The notes under the pieces are model-generated. The model ran no database searches. It saw nothing but the letters and a program-made list of their open reading frames with translations, and was not told the origin of the DNA. DNA of 64,000 nt. Source: Azolla caroliniana (lineage: Eukaryota; Plantae; Polypodiophyta). Below are positions 1-10,456 of this stretch, one piece after another. Where the stretch lies: the NCBI GenBank assembly GCA_043228905.1, contig JBHGNT010000012.1, forward strand, positions 6,448,001-6,512,000, in the 5' to 3' direction. The first letter of the stretch is position 1. Each line of letters opens with the position of its first letter. A program made the position numbers and the translations under genes.

Positions 1-2070
1 TGATTCAACAACCAAACACTTCTGACTAACTTCAATATAATCGTGGGCATTTTGGCATCCCTGTAAAGAGCTTTCTGCAGATTGTATACCACTACCTACA
101 AAATCCAACCATGCACAATCATCCACATTAGAGTTATCCACAAGAACACTTTCTGAAGATAGAAACCCTTTGCTTAATAAATCAGGTGGATTGGTAGAAA
201 GGATTGGGATTTTCTTGTTCTCAACAAAGGGTATTTGACCTAGAGATTCCTTCTTCTGGATTTCTTTTGACTTTTTTGTATATTTTTGCATCAAACCCTT
301 CTTAAGTTTTGGCCCTGGAGAAGTTGGAGTGGTAATACTTTTATTCTTTGAAGGCTGCCTCATGAGGATTTGCAAGGAAAGATCAATCATAGGTTCATAT
401 ACGACTGATGAATGCCCACATTCCTGGCAACGAACAGTGCTACAAAGCTGTCCACCGAAGAAACTCTCCACAAATGTTGTAGTTTCTGTAATTGTACTTG
501 AATTCTTTTCATCATTTTCCTTTTCCTTTTTAACATCATTAGGTCTTGAGAAATTAGTAACTTCATCACTTCGGGTTGCAATTGAAGCACCATTTTTAAC
601 CCCATTTGAAGTTTCTTTCACTTTTGCATTGTGTTCTTCTGAATTCAAACCTTCCAGTAAGCATTTAAGGAGTTCATGACTATCCTGTTGCTGAAAACCC
701 TTGAAGCGGGGTGCTTTTGTGCATATAGCACCAAAAAGAGACTTTGGATTACAAACACCATTATTTTCCCATGAATTGTTTCCACTCTTTTTGAGACCAC
801 TTTCATTGCCTGAGGCATCTACACTGCTCTCTGAATTTGTTTCCAAATATAACTTTCTCAACGAGGATACAAGTGGTCCTTCAAAATCAAGCACTTGTTG
901 AGTAAAATAGTCCCTAAGCATATCCAATGCCAAGATATTCTGCATAACTGAGTTGAAAAAACATGTGTTCCCCAAATTCATCATGCCTCTTATTAGCCTC
1001 CTCCTTGGCGAACCTACACATTTAATTATACTGGAAGAACAAGTTGATCTAAGTGAATCCGTAGAGTTTCCTTGTGCAATATACCCCGTATTAACCATTG
1101 ATGACGATGCTGGTATCCCCTTTTTTCCAGGGTCTTTTGACAATCCAGTTTCCTCTCTCAACTTTTCATGCACAATTTTCACTGCTTCTTGCAGAGAAGT
1201 GATGTGAGTTGAACTAGAAGATGCATCATAACATGATGATATCGATTCCTGAAAAGAATATTCCAAGGCCATATTGCACATAAAACACCAGCATACAAGA
1301 CTTTCATTTACTTGCAATGCGATAGGATGCTTTGAAAAGAAACAATGCTTCCATACATGTCCAGAAGGAGCTTTCTCCTTCTCATTTTCAGTAGCTTCTT
1401 GCATGAAAGAACATTTCTTCGTATCATTTATAACACATCCTTGCTCAAATAGACTTTTTTTCTCCTCACTCGAGACATGTTCTATCTCTATGTCCTCATC
1501 ATCATCACTCGAACCATTACTCTGATGAAGAGAAGATGAAAGATTTCCACACAAAATCCGCCCACATGCCAAACAAATCCATTTGTTTTCTTGATTTCCA
1601 GAGCTTTCCAATATCGTTTTCCTGCTTGATTTTCCTTTCTTCTTCTTATTCTTATTCTTCTTCCCTCCAATTCCTTTTCCATCTTTAACACAATCTTTGC
1701 AGTTAGAAAAACTAATGTTTGCCTTAGAAAGTTTGGAAGAGATCTCATTGAGATGGATTCCTCTCTCAAGGTGTCTGCAAACTTTCACAGCTGAAGAAGA
1801 AGCTTCTTTTCTGAGAAGAGATGATTTTTGAGAAGAAGAAACATCTTTTTCTTCTTTTCCATCAACTTCTCTAGCCGATGACGGTTCTATATAAACATCA
1901 GTCTTACATAAAACTGGGTCTTTCTTTGGATCAAGAGCAGAGGAGGAGGAAGAAGAAGGTGATGTGAGGTTTGCTGTTGTTGATGTTGATGATGGGGATG
2001 ATGATGCAGAGAAAGGTGTCTTGAGATGGACCGTAATCGGCCTTCTCTTGTTTTTCTTTCCTGCTCCCAT
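1..2070 (-). CDS. UBP2: Ubiquitin-specific protease (USP/C19) with N-terminal ZnF-UBP domain, UBP1/UBP2 (USP16/45)-like; 5' part only, ORF runs off the left edge
   Basis: Manual translation from ATG at 2070 (MGAGKKNKRRP...). ZnF-UBP motifs CRH..CKDC..WICLACGRILCG..GHVWKHCFFSKH..WCFMC; Cys box RGMMNLGNTCFFNSVMQNILAL (~990-930); QQQDSHELLKCLLEGL (~700-650); FVESFFGGQLCSTVRCQECGHSSVVYEPMIDLSL (~475-375). Frame is still open at position 1. UBP1 vs UBP2 cannot be resolved. Confidence 0.9.
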   Translation of the reverse strand, partial: MGAGKKNKRRPITVHLKTPFSASSSPSSTSTTANLTSPSSSSSSALDPKKDPVLCKTDVYIEPSSAREVDGKEEKDVSSSQKSSLLRKEASSSAVKVCRHLERGIHLNEISSKLSKANISFSNCKDCVKDGKGIGGKKNKNKKKKGKSSRKTILESSGNQENKWICLACGRILCGNLSSSLHQSNGSSDDDEDIEIEHVSSEEKKSLFEQGCVINDTKKCSFMQEATENEKEKAPSGHVWKHCFFSKHPIALQVNESLVCWCFMCNMALEYSFQESISSCYDASSSSTHITSLQEAVKIVHEKLREETGLSKDPGKKGIPASSSMVNTGYIAQGNSTDSLRSTCSSSIIKCVGSPRRRLIRGMMNLGNTCFFNSVMQNILALDMLRDYFTQQVLDFEGPLVSSLRKLYLETNSESSVDASGNESGLKKSGNNSWENNGVCNPKSLFGAICTKAPRFKGFQQQDSHELLKCLLEGLNSEEHNAKVKETSNGVKNGASIATRSDEVTNFSRPNDVKKEKENDEKNSSTITETTTFVESFFGGQLCSTVRCQECGHSSVVYEPMIDLSLQILMRQPSKNKSITTPTSPGPKLKKGLMQKYTKKSKEIQKKESLGQIPFVENKKIPILSTNPPDLLSKGFLSSESVLVDNSNVDDCAWLDFVGSGIQSAESSLQGCQNAHDYIEVSQKCLVVES

Positions 2071-2077
2071 GGAAACC

Positions 2078-2156
2078 CTGAAGCTACACAGGAAAGAGAA
2101 GAAGATGAAGATAAAAACAATAGAGATTATGATGGTAACGCAGGGTTACTGCTCAC
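2078..2156 (-). other. Putative short 5'-UTR intron of the UBP gene
   Basis: AG|GTGAG donor at 2156, pyrimidine tract, then TAG (2084) or CAG (2078) acceptor just before the ATG at 2070. Confidence 0.45.
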
Positions 2157-2179
2157 CTTCTTCTTCTTCTCGGATGATA

Positions 2180-3266
2180 ATAAAGACAGATGACGCAGAG
2201 TTAGTGCTCAACTTTCACAGCTAGCTTCCGGAACATGAAAATTTCAATAGAAAGCTTGAGAAAGATCAAAGCTACACCAGAAAGTTTAAAGATGATCGAA
2301 GCGTCAATGGAAAGCTTCTTCGATTTCTTCTTTTTTCTTTTTCTTTTTCTTCTCTGATGATGATTCAGAGTGGTGTTCACCTTTTATAGACGAGAAAAAA
2401 ATTGCATAGCGAGCATCATGAAGATGGAGTACCCAACAGAACGCTTCAGAAAAACCAAAGCTAAAACAGAAAGATTCAGGAAGATCTAAGCTCCAATGTA
2501 AAGCTTATTCTGTTCCTTCTTCTTCTTCTTCTTCTTCTTCTTCTTCTTCTTCTTCTTCTTCTTCTTCTGCTTCTTCTGCTTCTTCTGCTTCTTCTTCTTC
2601 TTCTTCCCTGATGATGATGAACAGTTTATACGCACCTTTTACAGATGGAGAAAAACAGTGATGGAGAGCTTAGGGAAGATCGAAGCTGCAACAGGAAGCT
2701 TCAGGATGATCAAATTTACAAAAGGAAAGATTGAGGACGATCGGAGCTTGAACATACGGATTTCTTGTGCTCCTTCTAATTCTTCTGCTTCTTCTCTGAT
2801 GCGTCTGCTACTGATGATGATGATGATGAAGAAGAAGAAGAATTAATACCCAGCTCTTACAGAGGAAGGGGGGGGAAAGGGGCGATGGAGAGCTTCTGAC
2901 CTATGGAAAGCTCCGATAGAAAGCTTCAAAAATATCAAAGCAGGAAGACGATTCTGTTGCTCCTCTCCTTCTAATTCTTCTTCTACCTCTGGCGCAACCA
3001 TGAGCTAATAACACTCACCCACCTGCTAAAATCGAGAGAAAGGAGAAGAACGCAGCAATGGAGAGCTTCCGAGCTATGGAGGCAGCAAAACAGAGAGCTT
3101 GCTTTCTTCACAGGAAGATGGAAGATAACGACAGACAGACAGACAGACAGGGAGCAGATTCCTTCCAGGAACAATGGAAAGCTTCGATGAGAAAAGCTTC
3201 CTGCTGTGCCGTCTCCTCTGCTTTCTAATTCTTCTTCTTCTTCTTCTTCTTCTTCTTCTTCAGATC

Positions 3267-3298
<32 letters not shown>

Positions 3299-3300
3299 CG
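2180..3300. repeat. Degenerate ~200-bp tandem units (AAGCTT/GATC sub-repeats ending in (CTT)n-(GAT)n) in the UBP 5' flank
   Basis: Related blocks at ~2250, 2440, 2665, 2890, 3060 (gaaagctt..gaagatc..aagct..cagaaag), each followed by CTT and GAT runs. Confidence 0.55.
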
Positions 3301-3319
3301 ACAGAAAAAGTACACAGAA

Positions 3320-3770
3320 TTATGTTATGTTATGTTATGTTATGTATGTATGTATCTATCTATGTGTGTCTCTATGTGTATGTATGTATGTATGTATGTA
3401 TGTATGCATGTATGTATGTATGCATGTATGTATGTATGTATGTATGTATGTATGCATGTATGTATGTATGCATGTATGTATGTATGTATGTATGTATGTA
3501 TGTATGTATGTATGTATGTATCTATGTGTGTCTCTATATGTATGTATGTATCTATGTATCTATGTGTGTGTCTATATGTATGTATCTATGTGTGTGTTTA
3601 TATGTATGTATCTATGTGTGTTATGTTATGTCATGTTATGTTATCTATGTATCTATGTGTGTCTCTATATGTATGTATCTATGTATCTATGTATGTGTAT
3701 GTATCTATGTGTCTCTCTATATGTATGTATCTATGTGTGCCTGTATATGTATGTATGTATCTATGTGTGT
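3320..3770. repeat. Compound (TATG)n/(TATGT)n/(TG)n microsatellite, left part
   Basis: Directly visible; continues at 11741-11830 and 17187-17560 after the MULE and LINE insertions. Confidence 0.95.
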
Positions 3771-3774
3771 CGCT

Positions 3775-4040
3775 CGTGTCTATTCTACATCAAATCATAA
3801 AGAGGGCTGGCGAGGGAATCACGGCCATAGATGGTGTAGGTTGCTGCTTGGAGGAAGGCGCGTGCGATCTGCACCGTCAGATTTCGATAAGGAAGAACGC
3901 GCGAAAAAAAAAGTTGTCAGAGGTCGCCCAACTTTGAGTCGTTGGTTGCCCAACCACAATTGGTCGCCCAACTCTTACTCTTGCACGTCGCCCAACCATT
4001 TTAGGTCACCCAACCCTGACATTTGCAGGTTACCCAACCG
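3775..4040 (+). repeat. Left TIR and subterminal GTCGCCCAAC repeats of the MULE
   Basis: Inverted match to 11584-11738; about 7 copies of gtcgcccaac-like motifs at 3923-4037. Confidence 0.85.
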
Positions 4041-4432
4041 TTGCAGGTCGCCCAACCAAATGTATCATTTCGACCAAAATCTTCAAATAAGCTTGTTCAT
4101 TACCCTTAAAACTTACAATAACATATCAAACAGTCACAAAACCCAACCTTAAATTATTCAAAATCGACTATCTTTACCATACTTATGTTAAAACAAATAA
4201 TCATATTAAAACATAAAAGTTAAAAGTTAAAAAACATAAAACTTAAAACAAAGAGCGTAAATCCACTTTAAACACCGTAAACCCAAATCAAAGGATGACG
4301 TACTTGAATAAGGAAACTTAAAACATAAATCAACATATGACATACTCCCAAATGCACTCATAAATCAACATAAATCCACTTAAAACATTGTAAACCCAAA
4401 TGCACCGGTCCGCAAAACCACTCAAGCTATGT

Positions 4433-4720
4433 TTATGGCTCATCCAGAGATGATGGCAAGATGCGACCACAATTCTTGCAACAATCAACATTTGAGTCCC
4501 TTGATCTAAAGGTCAAGGCATCGCAATGCAAGCATTGCATCTTCTCTGTTGCACATATTGGCAACTGCCTCCTAGCTCGACTTGCGCCTCTTTGCATTTT
4601 TCCTGTGTGTGCCTTGGAAGTGTTTGGGGAGCTACCAATAAGATCTTGTGTTTTGTTGATCATACGATCGTCGACAAGGAGTGCGCATGGTGTATCATTG
4701 GTGCACGGCTTAGAGAGCAT
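4433..4720 (-). pseudogene. Probable C-terminal piece of the MULE transposase with a CxxC-x14-CxxC Zn ribbon
   Basis: ORF ends CLHC...CKNC; same strand as and downstream of the SWIM region, separated from it by the 4731-5513 insert. Confidence 0.4.
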
Positions 4721-4866
4721 GAGAGAGAGATTAAACCTTCATAACTTAAAGTACTATAAGGATTAAAACTTAAATATAACTAAAATATCTAAAACTATAA
4801 TGAGAAAGGGAGAGAGGGCTAGTCATTAGGGATTAATTCAAAAGACAAACAAATGTTACTAACATG

Positions 4867-4908
<42 letters not shown>

Positions 4909-4975
4909 GTGATTAAAAGCAAAGCTACTACTAATTATCATTAAGATTAGGAAAGAAAAGAAATTACATGGGGAT

Positions 4976-5034
4976 ATGGTCATGAGCAAACTAGTTTCGC
5001 CCACTATGGGGCTCATCAGTGCTAAAATGACCAT
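4976..5034 (-). ncRNA. Minimal type-I hammerhead ribozyme
   Basis: Minus strand: AUGGUCAU-uuu-AGCA-CUGAUGA-GCCC-cauagu-GGGC-GAA-AC-ua-GUU^UGCU-c-AUGACCAU. Complete CUGAUGA/GAAA core, stem I (4 bp + 8 bp), stem II 4 bp, palindromic ACUAGU stem III, NUH cleavage triplet GUU. Confidence 0.88.
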
Positions 5035-5048
5035 TAGGGTTGGATAGG

Positions 5049-5056
5049 TTTATATA
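5049..5056 (-). promoter_or_regulatory. TATA box (TATATAAA) ~15 nt upstream of hammerhead stem I
   Basis: ctccttATATAAAcctatccaaccctaATGGTCAT on the minus strand. Confidence 0.45.
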
Positions 5057-5524
5057 AGGAGTTTTAGGAGAGGGTTTAGAGAAATGACAATAGGGAGTGG
5101 GGGTGTGTGCTTATGGATATGATTTGAAAAGGGGAAGATTTGGAGAAGAAGGAAAAAGATACTATGAGCTTTAATGTGACAAGGGGGAGGTTTTGGTAGA
5201 AGAAAATAGAGGTTATAATGTTTAAGGAGGAATAAGAGAAGAGAGAGTTAGGATATGAAATGTAAAAAGAGGGGAAATATTAAAAGGGGAGTCAAGATTG
5301 AGGGGAAAATAAGGAAAATCAGTGAGATGATGAGAAGGGAAGGAAAGAGGAGAGAGAGAGGAGTAGACATAAGGGGAGTGAGTAGATCTACGAGGATCAA
5401 GGGTGGGAAAACGTGAGAAAAGTATGAGAGAGAAAGAGGGTAGAGAGAGGAGAGAGATGCACGTGTAAACTAGACAAAGCAAGAAAGAGAAAGGAAATAG
5501 GAGAGAGGTAGGGGAGAGAGACAA

Positions 5525-7557
5525 GTGTTGATTGAAGCTCCCCTTTTTGCACCAATTGCTTGCTTATGCCCTATGGATCCACGGTCTTCTTCATTGGTTG
5601 GTTTCGGTGCACCTAGGTGATACACCAGCATCTAACCTATTGCTTCAATGGACTCCATACATGCCAAAATTGTTGCATGGTCGAGGGATCGTAACCCTTG
5701 CCTAAGACATTGAATAGCCCCCTCAACCGTTTGTATTTTCGACTCCCATTCCTCCATTTGTGATGTTATAGGGTTTGTCTCCTCGACTGGTTCTACCTCT
5801 GTCTCCACTTTCGTCTTTGTGAAATGGTCATTGCGCATATGGGTTGCATGATCTATAAAAGGCAACGATCCACATAGATGTGGCATGTGCCTCTCAATAA
5901 TCATCTTGATGCCAAGTATATGCTTACATTTACTCGTAGGGTCTTGGCAATCACAATATGAACATTGGAGCGATACATTATACCATACATTCGGTTTTGT
6001 CAAGCTCAATATTTTAAACCAATATCGGGGCTCGTCCACAATATGCATTGTCACATCATTAGTTTCATACCTCTCTAGTAGCCTTTCAGCCTCTTTAAGT
6101 CTTGTTGTTTGATCCCTACAATTTGCACGTGGTGCAAATCTACCACTATCACATATTTCTTGTCATTGCTTGTACCATTCAATAACAGTACCCCCGATGC
6201 AAGTGCCAGTTTGACTGTCCCCGATTAAAACATGCACAAGATCGGTAATTGATCGGTTTATCCTCCCTCTTAAGGCAGTATATTTGATAAACCGCCAATG
6301 TCTCTCCACAAGATTGGTAGTGTCAACATGTCCGTAGTTGAACATTCTACCAAATTTGGCCCACAGTTTCCTCCACACACATGTCAAGCCACACCATCCT
6401 CCTTCTATATATTGCCAAACACCTGGCTTGTTTGCATATTCTACCTTTAACTCCTCACATTGGGCATTGAATGTGGATTCCGTAATGCATTGCATGAGTT
6501 GGCACATCCGATTATAAATATGGTTTCTCTTAGTTGCACTTACCTTTGGCAACAAGTTGTCCAACCATGCTTTTTTTGCATGGAAGTGACACAACAAAAG
6601 TTGACAATGTGTTTGCGACCTTTGCCCATTTGTAACTATCCAAGATAATCGGTCTGTTGCAACCACATTACTTATGGCATTATACGATGTCCAACTTTTA
6701 TCGATGACTATAGCATTTGGCCTCACATTGGGCATCCGTGCAAATATGACTCTCAAGCAAGTTTCTAAAGCTACTTGCTCATGGTTAGACCCCTTATCAG
6801 AACTACATATCATGTACCATAATGGGATACCAACTCCCATGGCATTTGGGGCCATAGTTGCATATAATGGCAAGCCAAATTGGTTTGTTTTAAACGTGGA
6901 GTCGATTGCCCAAGAGTTGTTTATTGACAATCGCTCACACATCTCTAACATCCATTCATCTTGGTGCACCAAGATGAACGGTTGCCTTGCGGGAGATCCA
7001 TATTCACCAGGCAAGTAGGGTTGGACATGAGCCACCTTCCCAAGATCTCGGAGGGCATAGGCATCTTGCATCATCAAAGACCAATCAACCCCTGACATGA
7101 CACTCCCAATTTTTAACTTGTTGGCCATGTTATTGACCTCCTTTGGTATCATAAAGAACCTATAACTCACAAGGTCTAATGGACTAGCCTTGGACTTATG
7201 ATATGCTTCCTTATGCATGCTCATCCATGCCACATGTCGTGCGCAACCAACATCAAAAAGGTAATCTCTACAACAACTTATAACATTTGGGGCCACTGGC
7301 AAATAGTACGCATCTGGTCTACTTCCCGGTACATGACCCATATGAGGTCCATATATTGAAACGGTCATTGTCCCATGGTCAACCCCGCCATTCATTCGAG
7401 CGTTCACATGAAAAGTACACCCACATTGAGATGAATGCTTTATACGTCGAGTGCATGGATATTGCTTGTTGGCCACACCGCATCGGTGACAATTATACCT
7501 AGTCACATGTGCACCCCTTGTGATCCTTGTACGGAACCTACGGTAAATTCTCACCAT
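5525..7557 (-). pseudogene. MULE (MuDRA-type) DDE transposase with N-terminal Zn-finger (WRKY/GCM1/FAR1-like) and SWIM domain; N-terminus lost, premature stops
   Basis: YNCHRCG..CGCTFH..HMGH; WAIDSTFKTN (D); AIVIDKS (D); LLCHFH (CxxH); TTNLVERHW (E). After an in-frame TGA at 6163 the same frame continues into SWIM CSYCDCQD..KCKH (5632-6054). Confidence 0.9.
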
Positions 7558-7559
7558 GA

Positions 7560-9830
7560 GATATTATATGGTCATGCATGTAACATAATCCCCCTCTTTT
7601 AAACATTGCACTCTTGCAATAGAAAGTTAGGGAAGTTAGTTCTAAGAGAATTTTCGCGTTCCCATGTGGCATCTTTTATTGATTTATCTATCCATTTTAT
7701 TTTAAATTCTCGGATTTCTTTAGTACGTAATATTTTTTGTTTTAACATCGAGAATTCTTTTTGGTACATGTGGTTTAGAAGATAATTCTTCAGAAGTAAC
7801 CAGAGTTTCAGTTGTAACTGTATTGTCGCAAGAACCTATAAGTTCTTTTAGACGACTCACATGAAAAACTGGATGAATTTCAACACCATCGGGAAGAGTG
7901 AGATGATAGGTTGATGACCCAATGCGTTTGAGGACTGTAAAAGGTCCACAAAACCGTGGGGCTAACTTAGCGCACTTACCCTTAGACAATGTCTTAGAAT
8001 TGTGAGGTACACGTAAAAATACCTTCTGTCCAGGGTTGAATACACGAGGTTGCCTATGATGATCGGCATAAAAACAAGCTCTATCTTGAGCTATTTTTAT
8101 ATTATTTCGTGCAATATGCAAAATATCTTGCATATCCCGAAGAAAGTTTTGCGTACTTCGCAAATCATCATGATGTATATTAACATCAATCGGGGCTCGT
8201 GGCTGAAAACCATACATCAACATAAAAGGATTATATCCTGTCGACGTATGCTTGGAGCTGTTATAAGCAAACTCCAAAATTCGGAGATAACGTTCCCATT
8301 TTGTTGGTTTTGTACCAACATATGCTCGAAGCATGTCCTCAATAATTTGATTTATTCGTTCTGTTTGTCCATCAGATTGAGGATGATCGTGGAGCTCATG
8401 CTCAACGTAGTTTCTAACTTCTTAAAGACTTGCGTCCAGAAGTCACTAGTAAATTTGGGATCTCGATCACTCACGATATCCATCGGTAACCCATAAAAAC
8501 GAAATAACTCGTCAACGAATTGGTAAGCCAATTCAGGAGCTGTTACCGTGGTTTTAGTAGCAATAAATCTAGCCATTTTAGTTAGTTTATCAACCACAAC
8601 CCAGATGGCATCATGGCCTTTTTGGGTGCGAGGAAGGCTAACAATAAAATCCATGGATATACTTTCCCACTTATTATTGGGAATGTCCAAGGGATGTAAA
8701 AGTCCTTCCGCTTTAAGTCTCTCGGCTTTGTTAACTTGACATTGGTGACATTTAGTCACATAGCTATGTATGTCAGGACGCATCTTAGGCCAATAAAATT
8801 GAGTGGAGATGAGAACGAGTGTACGATGTATTCTAGGGTGCCCTATTGAGGGTGCATCATGACATTAAAAAAGAATCCTCTTTTTGACCTCGGGTAAATC
8901 TGGAACACAAACCTTCCCATTATGGTAGAGCAGACTGTTAACAATGTGGAAGTATTCCTTTGAGGATGTGGTGGTGTCTGTTCCAGACTCAACTCTTGCC
9001 TAGTATTTTGCAAAATAACTGTCATTAGGATACTTTCCTCGAAGGTGATCATAAAGATTTGATGCTATTTCAGTGAAGCTAAGCATGTTAACTTCACGGA
9101 TGCGACTTAGTGCATCAACGACGGTGTTCATGGAACCTTTACGATATCGTATGGAAAAATCAAAGTCCTGGATGATATCAGCCCATCGTGCCTTACGATC
9201 TTTCAGGTCTTGTTGGTCACAAAAATATTTCAAGGACTCGTGGTCCGTAGTTACCACAAAGTAATTTCTATAAAGATAATGGCGCCATGTTTTGAGCGCA
9301 TGTATAACTGCAAATAATTCCTTTTCTTGAATGGTATACCGACATTGAGCAGAATCCAATTGCTTACTCTCGAATGCTATTGGTTTACCATCTTGATATA
9401 AGACAACACCTATAGCATAATCGATTGCATCGGTTTCAACCTCACAAGGTTTTGAAGGATCAAGTATAAGAAGTGAAGGAGCCTTGCACACCAGGTCCTT
9501 TAGTTCCTTAAAGGCGAGGTCTAGTGTAGCATTCCAAACAATAGGTTTTGTAGACTTACGCGTTTGACCTTTTAGAAGATCAGTAAACGACGTAGTCAAT
9601 TGGGAGTAATTACGAAAGGATTTTCGCAAAAACCCAACAAAACCAAGGAATGATCGAACTTCTCGAATATTCCGAAGAGTGGGTCAAAGCTTGATTTTCT
9701 CGATGCGAGAAGGATCAATTTTAACTCCTCGTTCGGTTATGAGATGTCCAAGATAAGTAATTGATTTCTTGAAGAACTCACATTTTGAGATCTTTGCATA
9801 AAACTTTTTGTCACGAAATGTTTGGACATG
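7560..9830 (-). mobile_element. Ty3/gypsy chromovirus fragment (RT C-term, RNase H, integrase, chromodomain, PPT, ~25 bp of 3' LTR)
   Basis: KCEFFKKSITYLGH; VETDAIDYAIG..EKELFAV..TDHESL; H..H..CHQC, SMDFI, IVSDRD; LAPRFCGPF..HPVFHVSRLK; chromo-like RILD..FKIKW..DATWE; PPT AAAAGAGGGGG (7600-7590) then TGTTACA at 7585. Confidence 0.9.
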
Positions 9831-9899
9831 TTTAGCAATGTGAATCCACTTCGCGTTTGGTGAACCACATCTCTGTGCCCTGTCACCAAATATGTATAA

Positions 9900-10456
9900 G
9901 AACACATCTATACACAATCCACATGAATAAGGCATTGCAATTACATTTACAAAAGTCGAAGATATCCATCCTTGTAAGAACTCCCCCGCCAACATTTGGA
10001 TAGTCTTCATCATGTAAAAGCCACAATCCCAACAATTTGGCTGAGTTGGGATGTGAAATATGTGATGTCGACCCTCGAGCACAATGGTGTGGTCTGACGA
10101 TTCAGATGAAATGGTCTGAATCGCCAACTCTGCCATTTTCCACACGTTGTCAACCGCTGCGTTGTCCACAACACCCAATGCCTATCAAGCACGATCGGAA
10201 TGAACATAAAATAACATTTAGCCACCTTCCTAAGGATGGTTTGCCCCTTCACCGTCTATTTGTGTAGCGGCACCCACAGTGGCTCGACGATGGTGAAGCG
10301 TTCTGTCACCTCGCGTGGCAACGAGTACTCCATAAACAACGTGAATAAGGTCATAGTCCACGTCGATGCCATTTCACGACACTTGCACATGGTCTCTAGA
10401 TATGAGTCAGTAACATCAAGGGCCATATCGAGATGTTGGCAGGTCAGCTGGTACCT
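9900..10456 (-). pseudogene. Ulp1-like (peptidase C48, SUMO protease) gene remnant of the MULE
   Basis: FIPIVLDRHWVL (catalytic His) and IPTQPNCWDCGFYMMK (oxyanion Gln + catalytic Cys) split by a frameshift; ttcag acceptor at ~10456. Confidence 0.75.

Larger units (their letters stand above)
4731..5513 (-). mobile_element. ORF-less insert carrying a TATA box and hammerhead ribozyme (Penelope-like pLTR or retrozyme-like fragment)
   Basis: Strongly purine-skewed block interrupting the MULE, flanked by GAGAGAGA on both sides (4723-4730, 5514-5521); contains the HHR at 4976-5034 and TATATAAA at 5056-5049. Confidence 0.6.

Noticed and set aside
329-2224. Short ORFs listed in the track over the first 2 kb
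   Set aside because: Antisense or off-frame shadows of the long minus-strand UBP ORF
2350-2830. CTGATGA motifs at ~2354, 2608, 2811 (also 405 and 27981) as further hammerhead cores
   Set aside because: Starts of (GAT)n runs or coding sequence; no stem II + GAAA + NUH arrangement follows
3920-4040. Regularly spaced GTCGCCCAAC repeats resembling a CRISPR array
   Set aside because: 10-bp repeats with 8-17 bp spacers, mirrored at the other TIR; these are transposon subterminal repeats in eukaryotic DNA
3174-4152. Long 'MYVC'-repeat ORFs (also 11589-11974 and 16894-17735)
   Set aside because: Translations of stop-free (TATG)n/(TG)n microsatellites, not genes
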